A DNA stretch of 64,000 nt from positions 5,790 to 69,789 of the forward strand of contig JAJACG010000022.1 in NCBI GenBank assembly GCA_022601635.1, given 5' to 3'. This DNA comes from Chlamydiales bacterium. GTDB lineage: Bacteria > Chlamydiota > Chlamydiia > Chlamydiales > JAAKFR01. A program made the position numbers and the translations under genes. Shown one piece after another: positions 39,182 through 47,606 of this stretch (within the stretch, counting starts at the first letter, position 1; each line of letters begins with the position of its first letter). A model generated the notes under the pieces. It made no database searches and was not told the DNA's origin. It saw only the letters and a list, made by a program, of their open reading frames with translations.

Positions 39182-40153
39182 CTAATCCTTTTGATAGACA
39201 ATCTTGCTGCCTTCATTTTCGAGGCGTACCTCCACCTCTTGCAGCTTTAGCGCGTTGCGAACACTCTCCTGCTTTTGAGGGGGCACAACAAAGAGTAAGA
39301 AACCGCCATTCCCTGCGCCACACAACTTCCCACCAATTGCTCCCGCTTGTAAGGCCAAATTGTAGGCAGCATCGATCTTCTCATTGGTTACCTTAGAGGA
39401 AAGCTGCTTCTTCAACTGCCAACTCTGATCCATCAGCTTCCCAAAAAGCTCTATATTAGAAGATTCCAGCGCCTTTTGTCCTTCAAAGACCATTCTATAC
39501 ATCTCACTTAAGAAGGCAGCATTGCATTTGGTTTTATCAATCTGCTCTCTCACTATCTCCGAAGCAAAACGGGTCTGCCCTGTGTAAAAGAGCATCAGGT
39601 GATGCTCTAAAAGAGCCGAATCACAGTCTACAGCCTTAACATCCATCTGCTCTTTACCAAACTGCATCAGGTTAATGCCACCATACGCTGCGTGCAGCTG
39701 ATCCTGAGAACCCACATTCTCTCCTATTAGCTGCTGTTCAATATAGCACGCCTCCTTGCCTAGCTGTTCTTTCGTACGACTCTCTCCCCGCATATTGTAA
39801 AGCGCATTTACAAAACCGACAGTGAAAGAAGAGGATGAGCCAAGTCCTGTGCGAGCTGGAAGGTCAGAAAAGATGTGAATATCAAGATTCTCAGTATGAT
39901 TGTGATGTCGTAGTGTTTCACGGATACTGGGGTGTTGAATCTCATCGATAAGGCTGACGAGCTCTGTCTTTGAGTATGCGATGCGAATTTTGTGATCAAA
40001 AAACTGACTCTTAAATGTCTTAACACTAATGTATGTGTAGTAATCGATTGTTGTTCCGAGAACTGCTCCTTGATACTCTTCATAGTAACCGGGGTAATCA
40101 GTTCCCCCACCAAAAAAGCTAATACGAACAGGCGTTCGAGAAATGGTTAGCAT
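39182..40153 (-). CDS. GHMP-family sugar kinase (HddA-like; heptose 7-phosphate kinase candidate)
   Basis: The segment RTPVRISFFGGGTDYPGYYEEYQGAVLGTTIDYYTYI and the GHMP motif II DLPARTGLGSSSSF support the call. I re-called the start at ATG 40153; the track ORF extends to 40231 and would overlap the divergent gene. Confidence 0.65.
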   Translation of the reverse strand: MLTISRTPVRISFFGGGTDYPGYYEEYQGAVLGTTIDYYTYISVKTFKSQFFDHKIRIAYSKTELVSLIDEIQHPSIRETLRHHNHTENLDIHIFSDLPARTGLGSSSSFTVGFVNALYNMRGESRTKEQLGKEACYIEQQLIGENVGSQDQLHAAYGGINLMQFGKEQMDVKAVDCDSALLEHHLMLFYTGQTRFASEIVREQIDKTKCNAAFLSEMYRMVFEGQKALESSNIELFGKLMDQSWQLKKQLSSKVTNEKIDAAYNLALQAGAIGGKLCGAGNGGFLLFVVPPQKQESVRNALKLQEVEVRLENEGSKIVYQKD

Positions 40154-40207
40154 GACCAAGACGATATCAAGGTGGACAATTTGCGTCATTTCATTTAGCC
40201 TGGTTGC

Positions 40208-41386
40208 ATGAAGTGTCGTGTTTGTGATCAAGAGGATTTATCGCTTGCAATTGATCTAGGCAAGCAACCGTGGGGAAACCACTTTCTACAAAAAGAAGAG
40301 GTTGGCAAAGAGCCTTTCTATCCCTTGGAAGTGCATTACTGTCACAGTTGCGCTACTGCCCAACTAAATTACACAGTAAAAAAAGAAGTGATGTTTGCTG
40401 ACACTACCTACCTGTCAGGCACAACTCGCACACTATCTAGCCATTTCAAAGAAATTGCAGGAACAATTGACACTCTCTTTTTCAAAGATCAACAAGCGAA
40501 GTCTGCTCTTGATATTGGATCCAATGATGGCACGCAGCTGAGCCACTACAAAGATCTTGGCTATAAAACAGTCGGCGTTGAGTCATCAAAGCGTGTAGCT
40601 GACATCGCCAATCAAAATGGCATTGAAACAGTCAACGGCTTCTTTAATCTCGCATTGGCTAAAGAGCTCAACTGTCACTTTGATGTGATCAATGCAGCTG
40701 GAGTCTTCTTTCACTTAGAGGAGCTACACTCTGTATGTGAAGCGATCAAGGCGCTGTTGAAAAGTGGCGGTGTCTTTGTTTGTCAGTTTTTATATATGAA
40801 GTCGATTATGGAAAACTGCGCCTTTGACCAGATATACCATGAACACCTGCTCTACTATACCTTAGAAACACTCAATACTCTGCTCAAAAGGCATGATCTT
40901 GAGATCTTTGATGCTTTTATGAGTGACATTCATGGGGGATCGATGATTGCAATGATCTCTCACCCAGATGCTCATCCAAAAACTAAACGCTATCAGCAGC
41001 TTTTACAAGAAGAGAGCGATGCTAACTGCAACAGCTATGACTCCTATGTCGATCTAGCAAATAGAGCTAAAAAAATGAAGGAAGAAAATCTCGCCTTTTT
41101 AGAAGGAAAAAGGGGGAAACGCATTTACGGAATGGGGGCTCCTTGCAAAGGCAACACACTCCTCAACTATTTTGGCATAGGAACAGATCATTTGGACTGT
41201 TTGGTCGAAAAGAATGCATTCCGTAAAGGTCTTTACAGCCCTGGAATGCACATCCCTATTTGGCTGGAAGATGAAATGCCTGCACCAGATGTCTACTACG
41301 TACTTGCATGGAATTTTAAGAAAGAGATTTTGAAGAATAACCAACATCTAAAAGAGACTGAATTTTACTTTCCAATCGACCTATGA
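40208..41386 (+). CDS. NDP-sugar C-methyltransferase (TylCIII-like architecture)
   Basis: 392 aa. An N-terminal Cys4 zinc ribbon (CRVCDQ...CHSC) is followed by a SAM-binding core (ALDIGSNDGTQL). The C-terminal domain (IYGMGAPCKGNTLLNYFG...YYVLAWNFKKEI) is typical of sugar C-3/C-5 methyltransferases. Confidence 0.65.
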   Translation: MKCRVCDQEDLSLAIDLGKQPWGNHFLQKEEVGKEPFYPLEVHYCHSCATAQLNYTVKKEVMFADTTYLSGTTRTLSSHFKEIAGTIDTLFFKDQQAKSALDIGSNDGTQLSHYKDLGYKTVGVESSKRVADIANQNGIETVNGFFNLALAKELNCHFDVINAAGVFFHLEELHSVCEAIKALLKSGGVFVCQFLYMKSIMENCAFDQIYHEHLLYYTLETLNTLLKRHDLEIFDAFMSDIHGGSMIAMISHPDAHPKTKRYQQLLQEESDANCNSYDSYVDLANRAKKMKEENLAFLEGKRGKRIYGMGAPCKGNTLLNYFGIGTDHLDCLVEKNAFRKGLYSPGMHIPIWLEDEMPAPDVYYVLAWNFKKEILKNNQHLKETEFYFPIDL

Positions 41387-42312
41387 AGATATTGATTACA
41401 GGCGCTACAGGCTTTATGGGGCGCCATCTTTGCTCTGCACTAAAAGCGCATGAAATCACAGAGGTAAATTCTAAAAACTGTGACTTAACTCTTGCTGATA
41501 GCTTGGAGCAGTTTGAGCAGAAGTTTGATCGCATTTACCATCTAGCCGCCTGGACACAAGCGGGTGACTTCTGCCTATATCATCCTGGTGAACAATGGAT
41601 CGTCAACCAGAAGATCAATACAAATGTTCTTTCTTGGTGGCAAAAGCATCAGCCGCAGGCGAAACTGATTGCAATGGGCACAAGTTGCAGCTATGCCTGC
41701 GATGCAATTTTGACAGAGGAGACCTATCTAGATGGAACACCTATAGATAGCCTATATACCTACGCGATGACAAAAAGGATGTTACTTGTAGGATTAAAGG
41801 CGCTGCATAAGCAGTTTGGACTTCAATACCTCTATATTGTACCCTCTACGCTCTATGGTCCCAACTACCATACAGATGCGAGACAGCTACACTTTATCTT
41901 CGATTTGATTCGCAAAATCATTGCAGGGAAATATGAAGGCGAGTGCGTTGTTTTATGGGGCGATGGCCATCAAAAAAGAGAACTGATCTATATCGATGAT
42001 TTTATTGATGCCTTGGTTCATCTCTCAAATAGTGTTTCTAATCAGATTGTGAATGTTGGCTCTGGTCAAGAGCACACCATCCGTGAGTTCGCAAAAGCTA
42101 TTTGCAATTATGTGGACTATCCCTTTGAAAAGATTGAGTTTGATCTAACGAAGCATGTTGGGGCAAAGTCCAAAGTGCTGAAGGTGGATTTACTTAAGCA
42201 ATTGCATCCAGAGGTTCAGCAGACTCCTCTGAGGTTTGGCTTGGAACAGGCGGTAGAGTGGTTTTTAGATATGCGCACACAATCGCAATATGCGTCCAAC
42301 AATAATTCCTGA
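41383..42312 (+). CDS. NAD(P)-dependent epimerase/reductase (GDP-L-fucose synthase-like SDR)
   Basis: 309 aa with MKILITGATGFMGRHL, YAMTKRM (YxxxK), and a size and C-terminus (GLEQAVEWFL) like Fcl/WcaG-type enzymes. It overlaps the C-methyltransferase by 4 nt. Confidence 0.6.
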   Translation: MKILITGATGFMGRHLCSALKAHEITEVNSKNCDLTLADSLEQFEQKFDRIYHLAAWTQAGDFCLYHPGEQWIVNQKINTNVLSWWQKHQPQAKLIAMGTSCSYACDAILTEETYLDGTPIDSLYTYAMTKRMLLVGLKALHKQFGLQYLYIVPSTLYGPNYHTDARQLHFIFDLIRKIIAGKYEGECVVLWGDGHQKRELIYIDDFIDALVHLSNSVSNQIVNVGSGQEHTIREFAKAICNYVDYPFEKIEFDLTKHVGAKSKVLKVDLLKQLHPEVQQTPLRFGLEQAVEWFLDMRTQSQYASNNNS

Positions 42313-43615
42313 CAAGCGATTGATTGATTTGCCATGTAACCAGCATCACTATCAATGATATAAAAAGAGCTTCTCCTTCCCACAAAATCATCAGTTGTTG
42401 CCTCGGCTGTTGCGTTTTTGACTTGGATTTATAGAGAATAGATCCTCTATATCTATACCTATTCTGATACTCTGAATAGACAATCGGGTCCGCATATTTT
42501 AACCGGTTCAAGACCTTTCTTTGGCGTTTTAAATAAAGAGCAGAGATCGCGATAAAGAAAATTGCAAACGACAGACCGCCCAAAATTCCAAAGCTAGCTA
42601 AAACCTCAGTTCCTACATTTGTAGACTCTGCATCTTTGTAGGTAAGTTCCCTAAGATTGTTTTTGAAACGAGGCAAGACTAATCCCTGCTCAATTTTTGC
42701 CGGTTGAATCCCTCCATACCCATATCCTACTAAAGGCCGCTGCTTAAAGAGGGCTATATTTTGATCAATTCCATGCCATCGATCCCATGCAGAGTGGTGT
42801 TTTCTTCCTTTAGATAGCTTAATCCAATTATCTCCAAGCTTCCCAGGATAAAAAATAGATACCGGAATCAAAAGAAGACCTAAATAGCATGCGAACTTGA
42901 GCCCTTGAGAGCGATATCTTGAAAAAAGCAAGATCGTAGCGATAAAGGCTATATAGGCAAATAATATCGATGTCGTTAGAGAAATACAAAACAGGAAATT
43001 CACTGCAATAATAAACAACCGCAGTGGCCAGTTTTTTACAGGGTTTGCAAAATAGAGCACATTTTGAAGCACCATAAAGGGTGTGAAATACAATGCGTAG
43101 TATGATGGTTCGAATGTCCCAGCATATGGCCTGTCAAATAAAGGCAAATAGCTTAATACTTCCGGTTTCTGAGCAAGCCAAAACCCCTGACAAAAAGCAA
43201 ATATGCCAACCACTACGAAGGAGTAAGAATAGATTCTAAAGACTCTCTCTTTACCGAAAACAGAAAAAAATTGATATGGTAACCAGAAATAACATAGCAA
43301 TGTGTATCCCATCTGAAGCAAATACCAGAAACAACGCGTACGATAGGGTGAGCAGATGCATGACACAACTGTCATTCCTAACATCCCAAGTAAGAATAAC
43401 AATAGCAGCCTATCCATCTTTGCAGAGGCCTTGCCTAAATAGAACAGCATGATTAGCAGAAATATAAAAGAAATAATATTATTTATTCGGACTCGATACC
43501 CAATGACAAAAGATAAACGGTCTGCATGCAAAGTAACAAAGTAGGCAAATAGGCAAAGTGTCATGAAATTAAATGCCTTTCCTACATTTAACACACTAGA
43601 GGTGCTCACTCTCAT
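42194..43615 (-). CDS. Polytopic membrane protein, O-antigen polymerase/ligase (Wzy/WaaL-like) candidate
   Basis: 473 aa with roughly 10 or more hydrophobic segments. A larger loop (HHSAWDRWHGIDQNIALFKQRPLVGYGYGG) is reminiscent of the O-antigen ligase domain loop. The last 119 nt overlap the convergent gene. Confidence 0.5.
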   Translation of the reverse strand: MRVSTSSVLNVGKAFNFMTLCLFAYFVTLHADRLSFVIGYRVRINNIISFIFLLIMLFYLGKASAKMDRLLLLFLLGMLGMTVVSCICSPYRTRCFWYLLQMGYTLLCYFWLPYQFFSVFGKERVFRIYSYSFVVVGIFAFCQGFWLAQKPEVLSYLPLFDRPYAGTFEPSYYALYFTPFMVLQNVLYFANPVKNWPLRLFIIAVNFLFCISLTTSILFAYIAFIATILLFSRYRSQGLKFACYLGLLLIPVSIFYPGKLGDNWIKLSKGRKHHSAWDRWHGIDQNIALFKQRPLVGYGYGGIQPAKIEQGLVLPRFKNNLRELTYKDAESTNVGTEVLASFGILGGLSFAIFFIAISALYLKRQRKVLNRLKYADPIVYSEYQNRYRYRGSILYKSKSKTQQPRQQLMILWEGEALFISLIVMLVTWQINQSLVRNYCWTHIAIVCAYLKTTLPPVPSQTSEESAEPLDAIA

Positions 43616-44361
43616 ACGCGCTTCAAAATGCCCCCCTGTAAATGAGTCACTGGATGCTCTTCACAAAGCTCAAACTCCCCATGCTCCCTCAAAAATGGTT
43701 CGATTGCCCCACAAGGATTGTCCTCCCGCCAATGCTCCTTTCCACGAGGAACATCTACCACTAGAGACTTAACCCCATCACAAACAATCAAATAAGAGTC
43801 TTTAGACACAAGTGGTGCGAAAAGCTCGAGCTCTTTTGCCACATGCTGCTTAGAATGATTGGAGTCCAATACTACCATTACCCTCTCACCATTTAGATTG
43901 AGTTTCTCAATCGTTGCTGGATCCGATGAGTCGCCATCGATCAACGCAATATAGGCAGAAAGATCACTTTCTTCAATTTTTTTTCGATTACAGGCTCGGA
44001 GATCAACATCTATTCCAATCACACGCCCATGACCCAATGCTTTGACAAGCGATCCATAAAAGAGCATCGAACCACCAAGGGCCACACCCGTTTCAATGAT
44101 CACATCGGGCTTAACCTCAAAGATTAACTCCTGCAAGTGTACAAGATCATCTGGTAGTTGCAAAATGGGAAGTCCCATCCACTTGAAACTATAGTGATGC
44201 CTCTGGTTCCAACCAACTTTGAGCCAAAGTTCGCTCAAAAGCTCAAAGCCCTCTTTTGAATAGAGTGGAATTTGACGATCCCCTATTTGAATTTTCTCAG
44301 ACTGAAGAGAGAACTCTTTGCTCAGCATAGGCTGCCTTTCTTCCGATTGAGATGTAGTCAA
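43612..44361 (-). CDS. CmcI/cephalosporin-hydroxylase-family methyltransferase (sugar O-methyltransferase-like)
   Basis: The segments WMGLPILQLPDDLVHLQELIFEVKPDVIIETGVALGGSMLFYG and VVLDSNHSKQHV match the CmcI-family layout seen in O-antigen and glycolipid clusters. Confidence 0.6.
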   Translation of the reverse strand: MTTSQSEERQPMLSKEFSLQSEKIQIGDRQIPLYSKEGFELLSELWLKVGWNQRHHYSFKWMGLPILQLPDDLVHLQELIFEVKPDVIIETGVALGGSMLFYGSLVKALGHGRVIGIDVDLRACNRKKIEESDLSAYIALIDGDSSDPATIEKLNLNGERVMVVLDSNHSKQHVAKELELFAPLVSKDSYLIVCDGVKSLVVDVPRGKEHWREDNPCGAIEPFLREHGEFELCEEHPVTHLQGGILKRV

Positions 44362-45649
44362 AGCCCTGCTTTGTCATCTCTTCAGGATTATATTGATTGC
44401 GACCATCAAAAAAGAGCGTTCCCTTCATGCCTTTTTTTAGGCGCTTCAGATCAACAAAACGGAATTGCTTCCAATCTGTCACAAGAACAACAATATCGGC
44501 ATCTTTCGCAGCCTCATACTCATTGTTGGCCCACTCAATTTGCGGTGATTTTGGTAGAAGCTGCTTCGCCTTATTCATCGCAATTGGATCAAAAAGCGCT
44601 AGGCGTGCTCCCTTCTCGAGTAACGTGCGGATTAAAACAAGAGAGGGCGCTTCACGCATATCATCTGTACCAGGCTTAAAACTGAGTCCCCAGATCGCCA
44701 CCTTTTTCCCATTCACATCAAGATGGCTGGTAATCTTCTCTGAAAGATGCTGCTTTTGTCTCTCGTTGACACTTCGTGTCGCATCAATAATCTCTGTAGG
44801 ATAGCCATGCTTTGTTGCCAGAGCTCCTAGAGCTTTTACATCCTTAGGAAAGCATGATCCCCCATACCCAGCACCTGCATAGAGAAAAGGAAAGCCAATT
44901 CGAGAGTCAGAACCAATACCTTTGCGTACCTGATTAATATCGGCTCCAACAAGCTCACAGAGACCTGCCAACTCATTCATGAAGGAGATCCTAGAAGCAA
45001 GCATCGCGTTTGCAGCATACTTTGTCATTTCACTCGACTCAGGCTCCATCACCAAGATACGATCATGGTTGACATTGAAAGGGGAGTAGAGCTCACGCAT
45101 CAGCGCAATCACGCGTGGATTGCTAGCACCAATCACAATGCGATCCGGCTTCATGAAATCATTGACAGCATCGCCCTCTTTCAAAAACTCAGGATTGGAG
45201 ACAACATCAAACTCAATCTCCTTGCCAAGCTCAACAAGCTTACTGCTGATCGCCTCAGCCACCTCTTTCGTACTGCCAACCGGTACCGTGGACTTATTGA
45301 TGACTACTTTGTAGCCATCCATCTGCTCCGCTAACTGAGCTGCTGCTTGTTTCACATAGGTGAGATCGCAAGAGCCATCCTCACCCTCTGGGGTCGGTAC
45401 TGCCAAAAAGCAAAAGAGTGCTGATGGAACAGCATCTTTATAGCTAGTAGTAAAACGAAGGCGTCCCTCTTTTTGATTGCGCTTCACGATCTCTTCGATG
45501 CCAGGTTCAAAAATGGGAATCGTTCCTCCTTTGAGCATCTCTACCTTCTTCTTATCAATATCAAGACAGGTGGCATCATGCCCCATCTCTGCAAAACAGG
45601 CTCCCGTAACGAGCCCAACATATCCTGTTCCAATGACCAATATCTGCAT
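44297..45649 (-). CDS. ugd: UDP-glucose 6-dehydrogenase
   Basis: 450 aa starting MQILVIGTGYVGLVTGACFAEMGH (Rossmann). The catalytic Cys context is YGGSCFPKDV, and GLSFKPGTDDMREAPS is also present. Confidence 0.9.
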   Translation of the reverse strand: MQILVIGTGYVGLVTGACFAEMGHDATCLDIDKKKVEMLKGGTIPIFEPGIEEIVKRNQKEGRLRFTTSYKDAVPSALFCFLAVPTPEGEDGSCDLTYVKQAAAQLAEQMDGYKVVINKSTVPVGSTKEVAEAISSKLVELGKEIEFDVVSNPEFLKEGDAVNDFMKPDRIVIGASNPRVIALMRELYSPFNVNHDRILVMEPESSEMTKYAANAMLASRISFMNELAGLCELVGADINQVRKGIGSDSRIGFPFLYAGAGYGGSCFPKDVKALGALATKHGYPTEIIDATRSVNERQKQHLSEKITSHLDVNGKKVAIWGLSFKPGTDDMREAPSLVLIRTLLEKGARLALFDPIAMNKAKQLLPKSPQIEWANNEYEAAKDADIVVLVTDWKQFRFVDLKRLKKGMKGTLFFDGRNQYNPEEMTKQGFDYISIGRKAAYAEQRVLSSV

Positions 45650-45705
45650 AGCAATGCGACGATAGCCAATTGCTTTTTAATAATCCAGCCCATTAAACTC
45701 ATGCC

Positions 45706-46632
45706 ATGTCAAACAAGCGAGTCGTCGTTACTGGCGGAGCGGGATTTGTCGGCTCCCACCTCTGCCAAGCCCTGATCAATCAGGGCCACAAAGTCATCTG
45801 CGTTGATAATTACTTCACGGGATCTCGCAACAATCTCAATGATTTAGATGTAGAAATCATTGAACACGATGTCTGCAATCCACTGGATATCAAGGCCGAC
45901 GAATTTTATAACCTCGCCTGTCCCGCCTCTCCTGTTCACTACCAAAGTAGCCCCATTCAGACCACAAAGACAGCAGTGCTTGGCACACTTCACCTTTTAG
46001 AGGCGGCTCAAAAGTGTGACGCACGCCTTTTGCAAGCCTCTACAAGCGAAATCTATGGTGATCCCGAAATCCACCCTCAAGATGAGAGCTATTGGGGCAA
46101 TGTAAACCCGATTGGCATACGCAGCTGCTATGATGAGGGGAAGCGCTGTGCTGAAACTTTGGTTGTCGATTTTCAGCGCTATGGTGTTCAAACCCGTTTA
46201 GCACGCATTTTCAACACCTATGGTCCACATATGCATCCCAATGATGGGCGGGTGGTCTCTAACTTTATCCTGCAAGCACTGCAAAATCAGCCTATTACCG
46301 TTTATGGCCAAGGGCAGCAGACGCGCTCTTTCTGCTTTGTTTCCGATTTAGTCGCAGGTTTGATGAGCTTGATGGCAAGTGATGAGCTGGGACCGGTTAA
46401 CTTAGGCAATCCTGCTGAATTTACTATCTTGGAGTTGGCGCAGATGATTATTGAGATGACTGATTCAAAGTCAGAAATTCTCTATGAGCCGCTGCCAAGT
46501 GATGATCCAAGAAGGCGCAAGCCTGACATTTCAAAGGCCAGGAGGGTGCTTGATTGGGAACCCGCTGTTGCTTTGAAAGAGGGGCTTGAAAAGACGATCA
46601 ACTATTTTGAAGGAGTGCTTGCCCATTCATGA
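45706..46632 (+). CDS. uxs: UDP-glucuronate decarboxylase (UDP-xylose synthase)-like SDR
   Basis: Supporting motifs are [40 protein letters not shown] (YxxxK context typical of UXS) and RIFNTYGP. It is divergent from ugd. Confidence 0.8.
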   Translation: MSNKRVVVTGGAGFVGSHLCQALINQGHKVICVDNYFTGSRNNLNDLDVEIIEHDVCNPLDIKADEFYNLACPASPVHYQSSPIQTTKTAVLGTLHLLEAAQKCDARLLQASTSEIYGDPEIHPQDESYWGNVNPIGIRSCYDEGKRCAETLVVDFQRYGVQTRLARIFNTYGPHMHPNDGRVVSNFILQALQNQPITVYGQGQQTRSFCFVSDLVAGLMSLMASDELGPVNLGNPAEFTILELAQMIIEMTDSKSEILYEPLPSDDPRRRKPDISKARRVLDWEPAVALKEGLEKTINYFEGVLAHS

Positions 46633-47606
46633 AGCGTGTTTTAGTCACAGGAGCTGCTGGGTTTATTGGATCGCATACAGCGCTCGCCTTGAAGGAGGCT
46701 GGTCATGAAGTGGTTGGTCTCGATAATTTCAACGACTACTACTCAGTTGATCTGAAAAGAGCGCGTGCGCAGCGCTTAGAGCAGAATGGAATTTCGGTGA
46801 TTGAGGGCGATCTATGTGACAAGGGGCTACTTGAAGAGCTAGTTTCAGATTGCACACATGTTCTCAACTTAGCCGCGCAGGCAGGTGTTCGCTATGCCAA
46901 GAAAAATCCAAACTCCTATTTGAAGAGCAACCTTGAGGGATTTTTAAATCTCTTGGAGGTTTTGAAAAGCAGACCTGAAATCAAACTAGTATACGCTTCA
47001 TCTTCATCGGTTTACGGCTGTAACGAAAAGACACCCTTTTCGACTGAGGATCGAACCGACCAACCAGCCAACCTCTACGCTGCAACAAAAAAAGCTAATG
47101 AGCTCATGGCTTATAGCTACCACCATCTCTTCGGTTTGACAACAGTTGGGCTTCGCTATTTCACTGTTTACGGTCCTTGGGGCAGACCCGATATGGCCTA
47201 CTTCTCTTTTACTGAAGCGATTTTGAAGGGAGAGCCTATCACTCTCTTTAACCGCGGTCAGATGTGGCGCGATTTCACCTACATCGATGACGTTGTAACT
47301 GGAACAATCGCTGCTCTTGACTACGACCAAAACAGCGTCTTCAACCTGGGCAATCACAGATGTGAGGAACTCGCCTATTTTGTCTCTATTTTAGAACAGG
47401 AGCTGGGAAAAGGAGCTGATATTCGACTGATCGATGAGGCACCAGGTGAGATGATTCGCACTTGGGCAGATATTTCAGATGCCAAGAAAAAGTTAGGCTA
47501 CCAACCGAAAACCTCACTGAAAGAGGGGCTTGCCCAATTCATTCAGTGGCACAAAAGGTATGCATCTGGAAGTGCTTCTGTGATGTCAGAAGCGACAACG
47601 CAGTAA
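46629..47606 (+). CDS. UDP-glucuronate 4-epimerase-like SDR
   Basis: Supporting motifs are [49 protein letters not shown] and [13 protein letters not shown], the last being typical of the CapI/LpsL-type. Confidence 0.75.
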   Translation: MKRVLVTGAAGFIGSHTALALKEAGHEVVGLDNFNDYYSVDLKRARAQRLEQNGISVIEGDLCDKGLLEELVSDCTHVLNLAAQAGVRYAKKNPNSYLKSNLEGFLNLLEVLKSRPEIKLVYASSSSVYGCNEKTPFSTEDRTDQPANLYAATKKANELMAYSYHHLFGLTTVGLRYFTVYGPWGRPDMAYFSFTEAILKGEPITLFNRGQMWRDFTYIDDVVTGTIAALDYDQNSVFNLGNHRCEELAYFVSILEQELGKGADIRLIDEAPGEMIRTWADISDAKKKLGYQPKTSLKEGLAQFIQWHKRYASGSASVMSEATTQ

